A stretch of 64,000 nt of DNA from a virus. Of the stretch, positions 19,125-27,576 are shown one piece after another. Numbering within the stretch: the first letter of the stretch is position 1; every line of letters begins with the position of its first letter. The position numbers and the translations under genes are program-made. The stretch covers positions 96,001 to 160,000 of the IMG/VR virus record IMGVR_UViG_3300040801_002290, one strand, 5' to 3'. The notes beneath the pieces are model-generated. The model ran no database searches. It saw only the letters and a program-made list of their open reading frames with translations, and was not told the origin of the DNA.

Positions 19125-20605
19125 CCCACGATAATCTTTCTGGCTTTTTCAAAATACCGCTTGATACCTTCAAACTGGTATGGGTAAGAGGACAGGTCCA
19201 AGTTGTAAGAAGCTATCTTAGTTTTAACATTCTCTGGGACAGAGTTTATCATTGAGGAGAGAACCTCTGGATTAGTCACAGAAAAGAAGGTTTGAAAGGA
19301 CTCGGGCGAAAGCTCTCCAAATTCTCCTAGAGAAAGTGTGTCCAATACACCTTCATCCATCGTAAAGTAATCTAGAGAGTGGTTACTGAAAACCTTTCCG
19401 GAAACACTATCCACAGAGAATGAGGACGGGCTGAACCACATGTTTCCAAGAAGAAGTCCGTCTATAACAACCAATGTTGAGATACTAGCCATCAGGTTGG
19501 AAGAAAAACCAGAGGAACGCTTTGATGAAAACACTCTATTAATAATGTCAAGAGTTTCACTAAACGTAGCATCTGAAAATTCAGCCGGGTAAAGTTCTGT
19601 CATCAATGCAATTGTGTTCCTAAAGTCCTTTATTTCTACGACCTCAGGGAAAACTACTTTGGTGCCTTGCAATAAGTCCATCTTTACTTTAGCGGCTATA
19701 GAGGAAAGTAAGTACTTGTTAACCATGTAAGGCTTGTTTACATCATCCTCTACAGCCTTCATGCTATAGCGAGTTTCGCCCTTCTCAAAAATTGCTTTTT
19801 CTGAGAATGGGAAGGTTAGCTGGCTGGAAAGTCTATAGCCCTCTTTGTAAATATCTACCATAGAAACACCGTCAATTATGGTGTTATACCGGGAGGACTT
19901 TTTAAGTATTCTTCTTAGGGCGTTGTAATTGATTACATAACCCGCAAATTTATCATCAGAAACTCTGGCCAAAAGAACGTCTAGGTTTCCAGTTGCAGCT
20001 AAAGAGTCTGCATCGTGACCAAGTGTTTTTGCAAGGGCGGAAATCTTAGAAGCAACTCCGTCTTCTAAGAAAACATGGGCAGAAGATTCATCAAATGAGA
20101 GGGTGGCAACCTCTTTAAATAAAGGAGCCCTACCCGTCATCTCAATAATTCTCTGTAAGTCTCCGTTTACCAACCAGTACTGGTTTGCTTCCTTCCTTAT
20201 TTGCCATCCCTTTAGAATCATCTGCTCTGAGTAAAGAACAATTTCCTTATCTGTCTTGCCATCTAAGTCCTTGTCCTTAAGGTAGTGAAAAATTCCCATA
20301 TGATTCTCAGAACCGAAAATGTTTTCTAAAAGAGCTTGTCTATATCTACTAGCATACCCTAGAGTAAGTAATTTGGAAGCAACATAGGGCTGTAGTATCT
20401 CTTCCAAACTGTCGCTATACAAAGCTACAAACTCCTCTGTAACTATATCTGGTAGAGGAGCTAGCCTATTGGGGTCTCCAAGAGTAGCATAGACAATCTG
20501 CTTCTTTTGGGCCTTTTTGGGTTTGGAGTTTTTAGCCCTCGGTGAACTCTTCGTCACAGTTGGCTTAATGTTATCAAGTATTTTGGAAAAGTCTAACTTT
20601 AGCAT
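19121..20605 (-). CDS. 494-aa protein with possible degenerate PI3K/HipA-like kinase fold at C-terminus
   Basis: Start moved to ATG 20605 (SD GAGG) because the track start lies inside a promoter. IDGLLLGNMWFSPSSF...NHSLDYF is loosely like DxLIGNxDRHxxN...IDHG. CDS confident, fold weak. Confidence 0.55.
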   Translation of the reverse strand: MLKLDFSKILDNIKPTVTKSSPRAKNSKPKKAQKKQIVYATLGDPNRLAPLPDIVTEEFVALYSDSLEEILQPYVASKLLTLGYASRYRQALLENIFGSENHMGIFHYLKDKDLDGKTDKEIVLYSEQMILKGWQIRKEANQYWLVNGDLQRIIEMTGRAPLFKEVATLSFDESSAHVFLEDGVASKISALAKTLGHDADSLAATGNLDVLLARVSDDKFAGYVINYNALRRILKKSSRYNTIIDGVSMVDIYKEGYRLSSQLTFPFSEKAIFEKGETRYSMKAVEDDVNKPYMVNKYLLSSIAAKVKMDLLQGTKVVFPEVVEIKDFRNTIALMTELYPAEFSDATFSETLDIINRVFSSKRSSGFSSNLMASISTLVVIDGLLLGNMWFSPSSFSVDSVSGKVFSNHSLDYFTMDEGVLDTLSLGEFGELSPESFQTFFSVTNPEVLSSMINSVPENVKTKIASYNLDLSSYPYQFEGIKRYFEKARKIIVG

Positions 20606-20623
20606 GTGTTGTCCTCTTTGAGG

Positions 20624-20653
20624 ATTATACCACAGAACTTTAGCGGAGTCCAA
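20624..20653 (-). promoter_or_regulatory. Promoter TTGGAC-N18-TATAAT (extended -10)
   Basis: TGG-TATAAT; -35 sits in the terminator U-tract. Confidence 0.7.
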
Positions 20654-20682
20654 AGAAAAAGCGGGATTGAAGCCCCGCTTTT
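20652..20682 (-). terminator. Intrinsic terminator (possibly bidirectional)
   Basis: AAAAGCGGG-GCTTCAAT-CCCGCTTTTTCTTT. Confidence 0.8.
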
Positions 20683-20702
20683 ATTATAGACTTTAATTTA
20701 TT

Positions 20703-22688
20703 TTATGCCTTATCAGCATCTACAAACTTGCCCTCAGCAGTGACCGTGGTTCCCCTCTTCGGGTGACCTGGTTCGTTTGCGTATTCTTTAGAAGTAAGAA
20801 TTGTATGGGGTGCCTTTTCCTTCATAGCCTTGCCCTGGGCATCAAGAGAATCCTTTCTCTTTTTGTCATCAGGCCAACTGCCAACGTCCGGGTTGTAGCC
20901 TTTTAGAACATCCTCTACAATTTCTGAAACAGACTTCTTGCTATCGTCAAGTGTGGAAAGTACGCCAGAAACGATGTCAAGCATAACGGACTTTAGACTT
21001 TCTCCCGAAAGAATCGCCGCTCTTACCTTGCTGCTAGACTTCTCTTCCTTAGGCTTTGCTTCCTTCTTTTCCTTACTAGCCAGGTACTTATCCTCTCGGT
21101 TAATTACCTTATCTTCCCAGAACTTGGACTTCAATACTTCCTGAACAATGTCTGAGACAATGGACTTAGCTACCTTCTTTACCTTTGGAGTTTGTGGAGA
21201 GTCGTCGGAGTAATCATCGTCGTCGTTATCGTCATCGTCCTTTCCTCCCCAATGGCTGTCGAAGTATGCTCTACCATAAATTCCGCTATCCCCAGGAATT
21301 CCACCACCGGAATTCTTATCATACGCTTTTCGTAATTCCTTCTGGCTCTCTTCTGAGTCTGCAAAACCAGAGCCATCAGAGCCGTGAGAGTGAGGTGGTT
21401 GAACCATAGATTCGCCCTTTGGACCCTTGTATCTGTGGGCTAGTACTGTGGCTGGGTTTTTTCCTGCTGCATCAAGTTGCTCATCCATGTGCTTGGTTGG
21501 GTTCTTAACATCGTGAACAACCGTGTCCTTGGGCATTAGTTTCTTGTCCCCACGAAGAGTGTCCTTCTTGGGGTTGTACTTAGCTCCCTTCACAACACGG
21601 TTTCCGAAAGCACCAACAGCCTCTCGCTGAGGAATTTCGTCAACGATAAAGCGCATTCTAGGACCAAACTCTCTTCTCTCTGAGGTTGTGGTGGGACGAA
21701 CCTTATAAAGACTAGGGTCTGGGTTGTTCCAAGCGCGTGCCTCACTTAGGGACTTAAAAACAATTCCCTTCTTAGTGCCGTGCTTCTTGTCCCAGTTTCT
21801 TGCTGCTTCTGCATCAGTTTTTCCATAATCTAAAGCCGCATCACTCATGCCACCAACCTGTCTCTTTGGCTTCTTGGCATTGAATTCAGCATCGCTCATT
21901 TCTTCTAGCTCTCTGTCCTTTGCGGCGTGGTAATCATAATCCGCTTTCTCGTAGTCAGCGTCTGAAAAAGCCTTTTTAGCGTCTTCCTCCTTAAGGTCTT
22001 CTTTCAGGGGCTTGTTTGTAGCTACTGCATTGTCAATTTCGGCTGCTCTTGCGCCCTGAGGAGCAAACTCACCAAACTTATCGTAATGGTCCTGATAGGG
22101 GTTGGTCTTTGGCATTTTAATGCGAGCCTTCATAGTGTCTGGCTCTTCTGCGGACTTCTTGGTGTCCTTACCCTTACCCTTCATCTTCTTTGCTTTTTCA
22201 TCTACCATTTTTCCAGCGGCGTCATCGTCACCCTTTTCTGGTTTTGATGTGCCCTGAACATCGTCATCCATCTTTGTTTCTTTCGGGGAGAGGTTCTTCT
22301 TGATAGTCTCTCTGACTGACTTGGACACAAGCTCATTGATAGGCAAGTCACTTCCAGAGGACAATTCTTCAATAACCTGTTGAACAATAATGGAAGCTAA
22401 TTTTCTGCCGTGCTTCTTGTCATCCCAGTCCTTAGGGTCAATACCATCAGCGTTTTCAAGCTTTTCTTTCATTGGGGCATTTTTCCCGCTGTGCCCTGGG
22501 TGAGTTCTGGATGGGATTGAATAAGGCTCCTTGGGAACAGTAGATACTGGACGGCCCTCTGAAATAGCTTCATGGGTGGCGTCCATATCCCCCTTTTCAT
22601 AGTCAGGTTTGGCGACGTAACCAGCCAGCTTTACGTCTTCTGACTGTAGAGCCTCTAATAGACTAGTTTTAAGAGCTTCGTAGTCCAT
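20703..22688 (-). CDS. Highly charged internal head/scaffold-like protein (661 aa)
   Basis: K/D/E-rich low complexity with repeated xKS sites and KSxxxIVxEVL motifs. Confidence 0.7.
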   Translation of the reverse strand: MDYEALKTSLLEALQSEDVKLAGYVAKPDYEKGDMDATHEAISEGRPVSTVPKEPYSIPSRTHPGHSGKNAPMKEKLENADGIDPKDWDDKKHGRKLASIIVQQVIEELSSGSDLPINELVSKSVRETIKKNLSPKETKMDDDVQGTSKPEKGDDDAAGKMVDEKAKKMKGKGKDTKKSAEEPDTMKARIKMPKTNPYQDHYDKFGEFAPQGARAAEIDNAVATNKPLKEDLKEEDAKKAFSDADYEKADYDYHAAKDRELEEMSDAEFNAKKPKRQVGGMSDAALDYGKTDAEAARNWDKKHGTKKGIVFKSLSEARAWNNPDPSLYKVRPTTTSERREFGPRMRFIVDEIPQREAVGAFGNRVVKGAKYNPKKDTLRGDKKLMPKDTVVHDVKNPTKHMDEQLDAAGKNPATVLAHRYKGPKGESMVQPPHSHGSDGSGFADSEESQKELRKAYDKNSGGGIPGDSGIYGRAYFDSHWGGKDDDDNDDDDYSDDSPQTPKVKKVAKSIVSDIVQEVLKSKFWEDKVINREDKYLASKEKKEAKPKEEKSSSKVRAAILSGESLKSVMLDIVSGVLSTLDDSKKSVSEIVEDVLKGYNPDVGSWPDDKKRKDSLDAQGKAMKEKAPHTILTSKEYANEPGHPKRGTTVTAEGKFVDADKA

Positions 22689-23914
22689 TATTCCTCCCTT
22701 GCAGGAAGTAAGTCTTCTACTACCTCGTCAATGATGGACTTTAGAATCTGCTCGTCGTCCAACATGCTCTTTAGTGCGTCTACTTTCTTAGCCCTGGCTT
22801 CTACGGCATCGGTGCCACCGTCATCGGACACAGACTCTGGAGCGGTAAGCCCCTGAGTCCTCTTATCGGCTTCGGTGGAAGTAGCAGACTTTAGAGAGTG
22901 TTCGTACCACTCAAAGCGTCCACGAACTACGTACTTAGCGTCTTCACCAAAAAGCTTTCTTTCGCTTTCTGAAACAGGAGCCACCTGGTAAACACCGATA
23001 TCTGGGTTCTTCCAAGCACGGGCTTCATCTACTGACTTGAAGGTCATGTACATGTAATCATCGGCGTCTTCAACGCTCTTACGGGCAGTATTTCCGGGCT
23101 GGGCTAGAACTTCCTTACCTGAGTTATGGTCAGCTTCGTGAGTTGCAGAGTCAACTGCCTCGTCACTTACTGCCTCGCCGTCCATTTCTGGGTCGCGTAC
23201 ATCTGCGGCGGGGGCGTCATGCTCAAACCCGGCCTTAGCTTCTGCGTCAGAAATTGCCTCGTTGTCCCTTAGGGCATGTCCAAAGTCAGCGTTTTCAGTA
23301 GCTTCACCCATTGAGGCGAGAGCTTCTGAATCCTCAAGAGCCTTCATTACCGTCTCTAGGGACTTGATAACCATTTCCGCGTCGGTACTTACTTCACCAT
23401 CGAAATCGTAGGTGTATTCTCCAGCGGACTTTAGGGCGTCCTTCAAAGCTGAGGAAATGTAGTCCTTAACCATCTTATGCCACTTCTCAGTTAGGCACGG
23501 TCCAAAGGAGTCTACTTCCATGTAACCCTTGTCCATCATTACCTTGATAATTTCTCCAACGTCGCTCTTCTTTAGAACATTAACAACGGGGGACAAATCT
23601 TCTTCCATGATAACGTGGCTAGCACTTGGCATTGGGTTAACCGGTGGCAACCCAAGCGGGTCCATGAGGCTACCGTAGGACTTTAGTGTTTCAGTATCTA
23701 CAACCTTGGCATTTGGGTACTTAGAACGCATGAGACGAGCCCAGTCTTCCGCACCAGCAGAAGTCCTCATGCTCTTTAGGACTATAGCTTTCTTCGTCAT
23801 TTTAACTCCTTTTTTGGCCTTTTTGATGGAAGCCTGACAAATAGCCCAAGCGGAGGATTCATCGTGACCCTCGTCCATGAGCTTCTTGACGCATCTGTCT
23901 AGTTTTTCTGGCAT
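22688..23914 (-). CDS. Acidic internal head protein with 10 KS sites
   Basis: ATG 23914; N-terminal CVKKLMDEG...SAWAICQAS; repeated (L/I/F)KS. Confidence 0.7.
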   Translation of the reverse strand: MPEKLDRCVKKLMDEGHDESSAWAICQASIKKAKKGVKMTKKAIVLKSMRTSAGAEDWARLMRSKYPNAKVVDTETLKSYGSLMDPLGLPPVNPMPSASHVIMEEDLSPVVNVLKKSDVGEIIKVMMDKGYMEVDSFGPCLTEKWHKMVKDYISSALKDALKSAGEYTYDFDGEVSTDAEMVIKSLETVMKALEDSEALASMGEATENADFGHALRDNEAISDAEAKAGFEHDAPAADVRDPEMDGEAVSDEAVDSATHEADHNSGKEVLAQPGNTARKSVEDADDYMYMTFKSVDEARAWKNPDIGVYQVAPVSESERKLFGEDAKYVVRGRFEWYEHSLKSATSTEADKRTQGLTAPESVSDDGGTDAVEARAKKVDALKSMLDDEQILKSIIDEVVEDLLPAREE

Positions 23915-23931
23915 ATTTAACACCTGTGGAC

Positions 23932-23960
23932 ATTATGCCACATTTTAGTGGAGTCCACAA
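23932..23960 (-). promoter_or_regulatory. Promoter TTGTGG-N17-CATAAT (extended -10)
   Basis: TGG-CATAAT, 17-bp spacer, immediately after the nuclease stop codon. Confidence 0.65.
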
Positions 23961-23961
23961 A

Positions 23962-24369
23962 TTAAGACTCAAGAAACCTTTTGAATCTTTCTACCTCGGA
24001 TTTAGAGGGAACATACTCCTTCATATCCGGTGAAGATAAAAATGCCGCGCTTCTTCCGCTTATTTGCATAAGTTCCTTCTTTCCTAGGTATTTCAGTTTA
24101 TGAGTTCTAGTAAAGATGGACAATAGAAGCTTGTCTTTCTTTGAGAGGCTTCCCTTTACTTCTACATATGTTCCGTATGAGGGAAGATAAAAATCCGGTA
24201 GATAGCTTAGACTCTTAGAGAAGAAGAACCTTCTGGGCTCATACATGAAGTATATGTCTCCGTATAGTAGTAGCTTGGCTACGTATACTTCCCATCTACT
24301 TCTGTATTTTATTCCTCTATAGGTAGTTTCAGAACCCTTTTTAAATACTCGTTTTAAAGGCATATTCAC
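23962..24369 (-). CDS. PD-(D/E)XK endonuclease
   Basis: YRSRWE...YEP...YLPDFYLP...YVEVKG. Confidence 0.8.
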   Translation of the reverse strand: MNMPLKRVFKKGSETTYRGIKYRSRWEVYVAKLLLYGDIYFMYEPRRFFFSKSLSYLPDFYLPSYGTYVEVKGSLSKKDKLLLSIFTRTHKLKYLGKKELMQISGRSAAFLSSPDMKEYVPSKSEVERFKRFLES

Positions 24370-24402
24370 CAGAATAACAAATCCTGATGAATATTTCTAT
24401 GA

Positions 24403-25071
24403 TTAGTATGTATTTTTTCCCGTTGCGTACGGACCAAAGTGGTCGTACTCAGATTTCGGAGTAGCTCTGCTAATCTCATATTCAAGCATAGCAAGCTGCT
24501 CTGTTGAATACATATCAGATAGTTGAGGCTTGTCTACGATTCTGTCGGACACAGCCCTAACCCCATCAGCAACAGCAAGGGGTAGGGGGTCTACACCATT
24601 GTTGGTAACTCGGTCATAAACTTCTTGGTTATAGAAGGCGTCTGGATTTTCATACGTGCCGCCGCTTTCACTCATGTATGGTGAAACTCTCGGAGCATCA
24701 ATACGAATTTCTTCTCCATCACTAATAATTCCACTAATGTAGGCAGAGTCCTCTACATTAATAGTTTCGCTTTCGGTGCTGTACAGGTAGAACTTAATAG
24801 CCTCCTGTAAGCGTACCGCGTCTTCTGGAGAATATGCAGGAGCAGAACCAGCAAAATCGGTTCCCTCGTAATATAGGTCCCAAGCGGTTGGGTAAAGAGT
24901 AACCATTTCATCGTAGGCTTCTTCACTGCTTAGGTCGAACTCTACTACCTTCCTGTACCTCTCGCCAAGAGAGTCTACAGGGGTATCCAAAGTGATTTTT
25001 GCAGCCGGTACTGGCTGATAAGTGTTTAGGGTATCTAAATCGGTGACACCACCGTATTCATCTCTTGCCAT
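24403..25071 (-). CDS. Acidic Tyr-rich hypothetical (probably virion) protein
   Basis: 222 aa with strong SD AGGAGGAGG and an upstream TATAAT. Confidence 0.7.
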   Translation of the reverse strand: MARDEYGGVTDLDTLNTYQPVPAAKITLDTPVDSLGERYRKVVEFDLSSEEAYDEMVTLYPTAWDLYYEGTDFAGSAPAYSPEDAVRLQEAIKFYLYSTESETINVEDSAYISGIISDGEEIRIDAPRVSPYMSESGGTYENPDAFYNQEVYDRVTNNGVDPLPLAVADGVRAVSDRIVDKPQLSDMYSTEQLAMLEYEISRATPKSEYDHFGPYATGKNTY

Positions 25072-25095
25072 AGGAATACCTCCTCCTAAAGTTTA

Positions 25096-25124
25096 ATTAT
25101 AGCGCAAAAAAACTGGTAATGCGA
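25096..25124 (-). promoter_or_regulatory. Possible promoter TCGCAT-N17-TATAAT
   Basis: Perfect -10 in the intergenic gap; weak -35. Confidence 0.45.
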
Positions 25125-25139
25125 ACTCTTTAGAGATAT

Positions 25140-25439
25140 TTAATACTCTCTCCAGGGGTCTACGTCTCCACGTCTTTCAACAGCCCTGGCGTTTAGGTAT
25201 TCCACAAGAGCGTTAATTGCCCTAAGGGACTCCGCTAAAACCATTTTATGAACAGAGTCTTTGGGGTTTACCAGTCGTTTTTGTATCGCTCGGCTTATCT
25301 CTGTCCATCTCCTAGCTTCTTGCTCTAGTTTTAGAGTTTCGTCTTCCTCGCAGTTGCAGGGGGAAGAAACAACCGGTAGTCTCCAAATTTTTTGCACTTC
25401 AACAGGAATTTCCTTAGTTCTCTCCTTTATTTTTATCAT
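25140..25439 (-). CDS. Hypothetical protein (99 aa)
   Basis: SD AAGGA; co-oriented, non-overlapping. Confidence 0.65.
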   Translation of the reverse strand: MIKIKERTKEIPVEVQKIWRLPVVSSPCNCEEDETLKLEQEARRWTEISRAIQKRLVNPKDSVHKMVLAESLRAINALVEYLNARAVERRGDVDPWREY

Positions 25440-25452
25440 TTTAATTCCTTTC

Positions 25453-25839
25453 TTAATTTATTGTTGTACATGTAGCCCCTGCTGACGTACCAAAGTACCT
25501 TGGGGCAACGTTCCCTGGGTCAAGTTGAATGTGAAGTTGACTACCAGAAACCCAAATGGAGCCCTGAGTTGTAGCAGAAAAAGAGGATAGATTACTTGGT
25601 CTAGCGTCGGCGTAGTAACCGTTAGCCGGTGAGAATCCACAAAATTGCCATAAATTGGAAATGTAGTCAACAAACACTTCACCAGCAACCACTGTTGTGG
25701 GCCAATCCGCCGGTTTGGTGGTAGTAAGGGCGGGCTGAGCTTCTGTTGCCGTGCCTGTAGAACTATCAAACATTATATGCCACCTACATTGTGATAATAT
25801 ATATATTCTTTTCTGCCAATATATCTCTCCTGCTGCCAT
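25453..25839 (-). CDS. Hypothetical protein (128 aa)
   Basis: SD GGAG; fills the gap between co-oriented genes. Confidence 0.6.
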   Translation of the reverse strand: MAAGEIYWQKRIYILSQCRWHIMFDSSTGTATEAQPALTTTKPADWPTTVVAGEVFVDYISNLWQFCGFSPANGYYADARPSNLSSFSATTQGSIWVSGSQLHIQLDPGNVAPRYFGTSAGATCTTIN

Positions 25840-25852
25840 AATAAAAACTCCT

Positions 25853-26575
25853 TTACTTAACAGGTATAACTAAAGTTCCACTAACATTAAGCCCAGCCTG
25901 TGCATATACCAACCCGTTTGTATCTATTTTTATACCCTTGCTAGCGGTTCCACCGCGAGCGCCGAAATAAGCATCATTTCCATCAGCATAAATTCTGGTG
26001 GTACCCCCGGTTGCCCCGTTAAAGGTTATTCCCCCGTTGGCTCCGGTGGTGCCAATGCTGAGAAATCCGTTTGAAAGACTAGTAGTACCTAGACCCATAC
26101 CCTCACTAGTAATCCTAGCTCTTTCTGTTCCTCCGTTAACGAAAAGAGTTTCTCCACCGCGATATATTCTAATTTCTCCGGAGATTGTAGCTGCATCAGC
26201 GTTTCTATGAAGAAAGCGGGCGGACCCGTTTCCACTCATAACATCTACAAGAGCCTGGTCATTTTGGCCAGCGGCGGACTGGTCCGACCTCTTTACCGAA
26301 ATTGAGGTATAGTTTGACCCATTATCTGTAGTTAAAGACCCCGTTAAAGTTCCTCCGGTAAGGGGTAGAAAATCTCCTCCCCCGGAAATCTCTTCCCACG
26401 CGGAACCACTCCAAACCTCAAGGTAGGGAGAGGTGCTGTTGAATCTGATGTACTCAGAGGAGCCAGAGCCCAACCGCATAGTTCCGTCAGCAACGGTAGG
26501 CTGCTGCAAAAAGAAATTATTCGTTGCAGTTGCACTGTCGCCTATTTGTATTTTTTTGGTTTTAACTAGACTCAT
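25853..26575 (-). CDS. Fibre-like protein (G/S/T-rich beta repeats)
   Basis: FLPLTGGTLTG and GGTERARIT..GMGLGTT are fibre repeat motifs. Confidence 0.7.
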   Translation of the reverse strand: MSLVKTKKIQIGDSATATNNFFLQQPTVADGTMRLGSGSSEYIRFNSTSPYLEVWSGSAWEEISGGGDFLPLTGGTLTGSLTTDNGSNYTSISVKRSDQSAAGQNDQALVDVMSGNGSARFLHRNADAATISGEIRIYRGGETLFVNGGTERARITSEGMGLGTTSLSNGFLSIGTTGANGGITFNGATGGTTRIYADGNDAYFGARGGTASKGIKIDTNGLVYAQAGLNVSGTLVIPVK

Positions 26576-26583
26576 GGTTTTCC

Positions 26584-26793
26584 TTATTCGATATAGGGGT
26601 ATCTAGCTTTTATTTCTTCTACTTTTATGACCCACTCTTCTTTCTCTATCTCTCCCCTTTGATATTTAAAAAACAGCGGGTCTGCTTCAAGCTTATACGC
26701 ATCCATTCTAGCATATTTCTGATTCTGATTGTAATTGGCCAGTTTTTCGGCCTCAATGTCTTCCTTTTTCTTTAGCTTGGTCCAATCAATCAT
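26584..26793 (-). CDS. Tail fibre assembly-type small protein
   Basis: MIDWTKLK...AYKLEADPLFFKYQRGE...VEEIKARYP; start moved to ATG 26793. Confidence 0.7.
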   Translation of the reverse strand: MIDWTKLKKKEDIEAEKLANYNQNQKYARMDAYKLEADPLFFKYQRGEIEKEEWVIKVEEIKARYPYIE

Positions 26794-27094
26794 CTTGTAT
26801 TCCACCTTCCGGTAGTCTGATTATACCATCTTTTGGGTTTTCTATTGGGGTTGGAAACCTAGCTTCATAGGGTGCGTCTTTTCCATGGGGGAAAATCAGA
26901 TGTATCTGTAAAGCCCCGTTTTTTCTTGTAACATCATGCTCCAAGAATTCACACCCAACAGCCTCTCTCGGAAGGATGTCACCCTCCTCTACGGGGGAGA
27001 AATCATACTCTTCTCCGTTTACTGTCAACACTTCTCCTGACTTCTCAAGCGAGAGTTTTCCTTTTCTTCTTTGGGGCGAAAGATATATTATCAT
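26786..27094 (-). CDS. Tail fibre assembly-type protein
   Basis: MIIYLSPQRR...LTVNGEEYDFS...ARFPTPI resembles fibre-assembly proteins of proteobacterial (pro)phages as recalled; ATGA overlap. Confidence 0.7.
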   Translation of the reverse strand: MIIYLSPQRRKGKLSLEKSGEVLTVNGEEYDFSPVEEGDILPREAVGCEFLEHDVTRKNGALQIHLIFPHGKDAPYEARFPTPIENPKDGIIRLPEGGIQDD

Positions 27095-27576
27095 TGTTCG
27101 TACCACCTTCCTATGGCTATTAATGAGTATGTCATGGAGTTTATTGTGCCCCCGTAGGAGTACCCGGCGCGAAGCGCAAAGCTCCAGTGAGTTAAATTGT
27201 CGGTATCAACCCTGACACCCGCAACTGGCCACGAGTCATACCCGGCAGCACCAGTTGTGGAAGAGGTGTTTCCTCCATCAACCCCTATGGGAGTGCTAGA
27301 AAAAGAAGCTGGAAAGGGGACGGGAACTCCTGCACTGGTTCTGTAGACTACAGAGTCATTGCTAAATACGTTGCCAACACTCCAGTGTGTCCCGGACCCG
27401 TTAACAGTAACGGAAGAGGCATCGCTGGGAGAAACTGTCCTCCAACATATCTGAACACCATTTCCAAACCTAACATACTTGCCGTTAGAGTTTTCTCCGT
27501 ATTCAATTACTTTATAGCCTCCCTCAGTAGCATCTGGAGCATAGATTTTACCATCACCAGTAATTGTAATAGGCAT
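27091..27576 (-). CDS. Fibre tip protein, one gp53-like/H-lectin-like domain
   Basis: YGENSNGKYVRFGNGVQICW...FPASFSSTP...YSLIAIGRW; TAATG overlap start. Confidence 0.7.
   Translation of the reverse strand: MPITITGDGKIYAPDATEGGYKVIEYGENSNGKYVRFGNGVQICWRTVSPSDASSVTVNGSGTHWSVGNVFSNDSVVYRTSAGVPVPFPASFSSTPIGVDGGNTSSTTGAAGYDSWPVAGVRVDTDNLTHWSFALRAGYSYGGTINSMTYSLIAIGRWYEQ

Noticed and set aside
20606-20653. Track N-terminal extension MDSAKVLWYNPQRGQH of the 510-aa ORF
   Set aside because: It spans the -35, -10 and SD; ATG 20605 is the better start.
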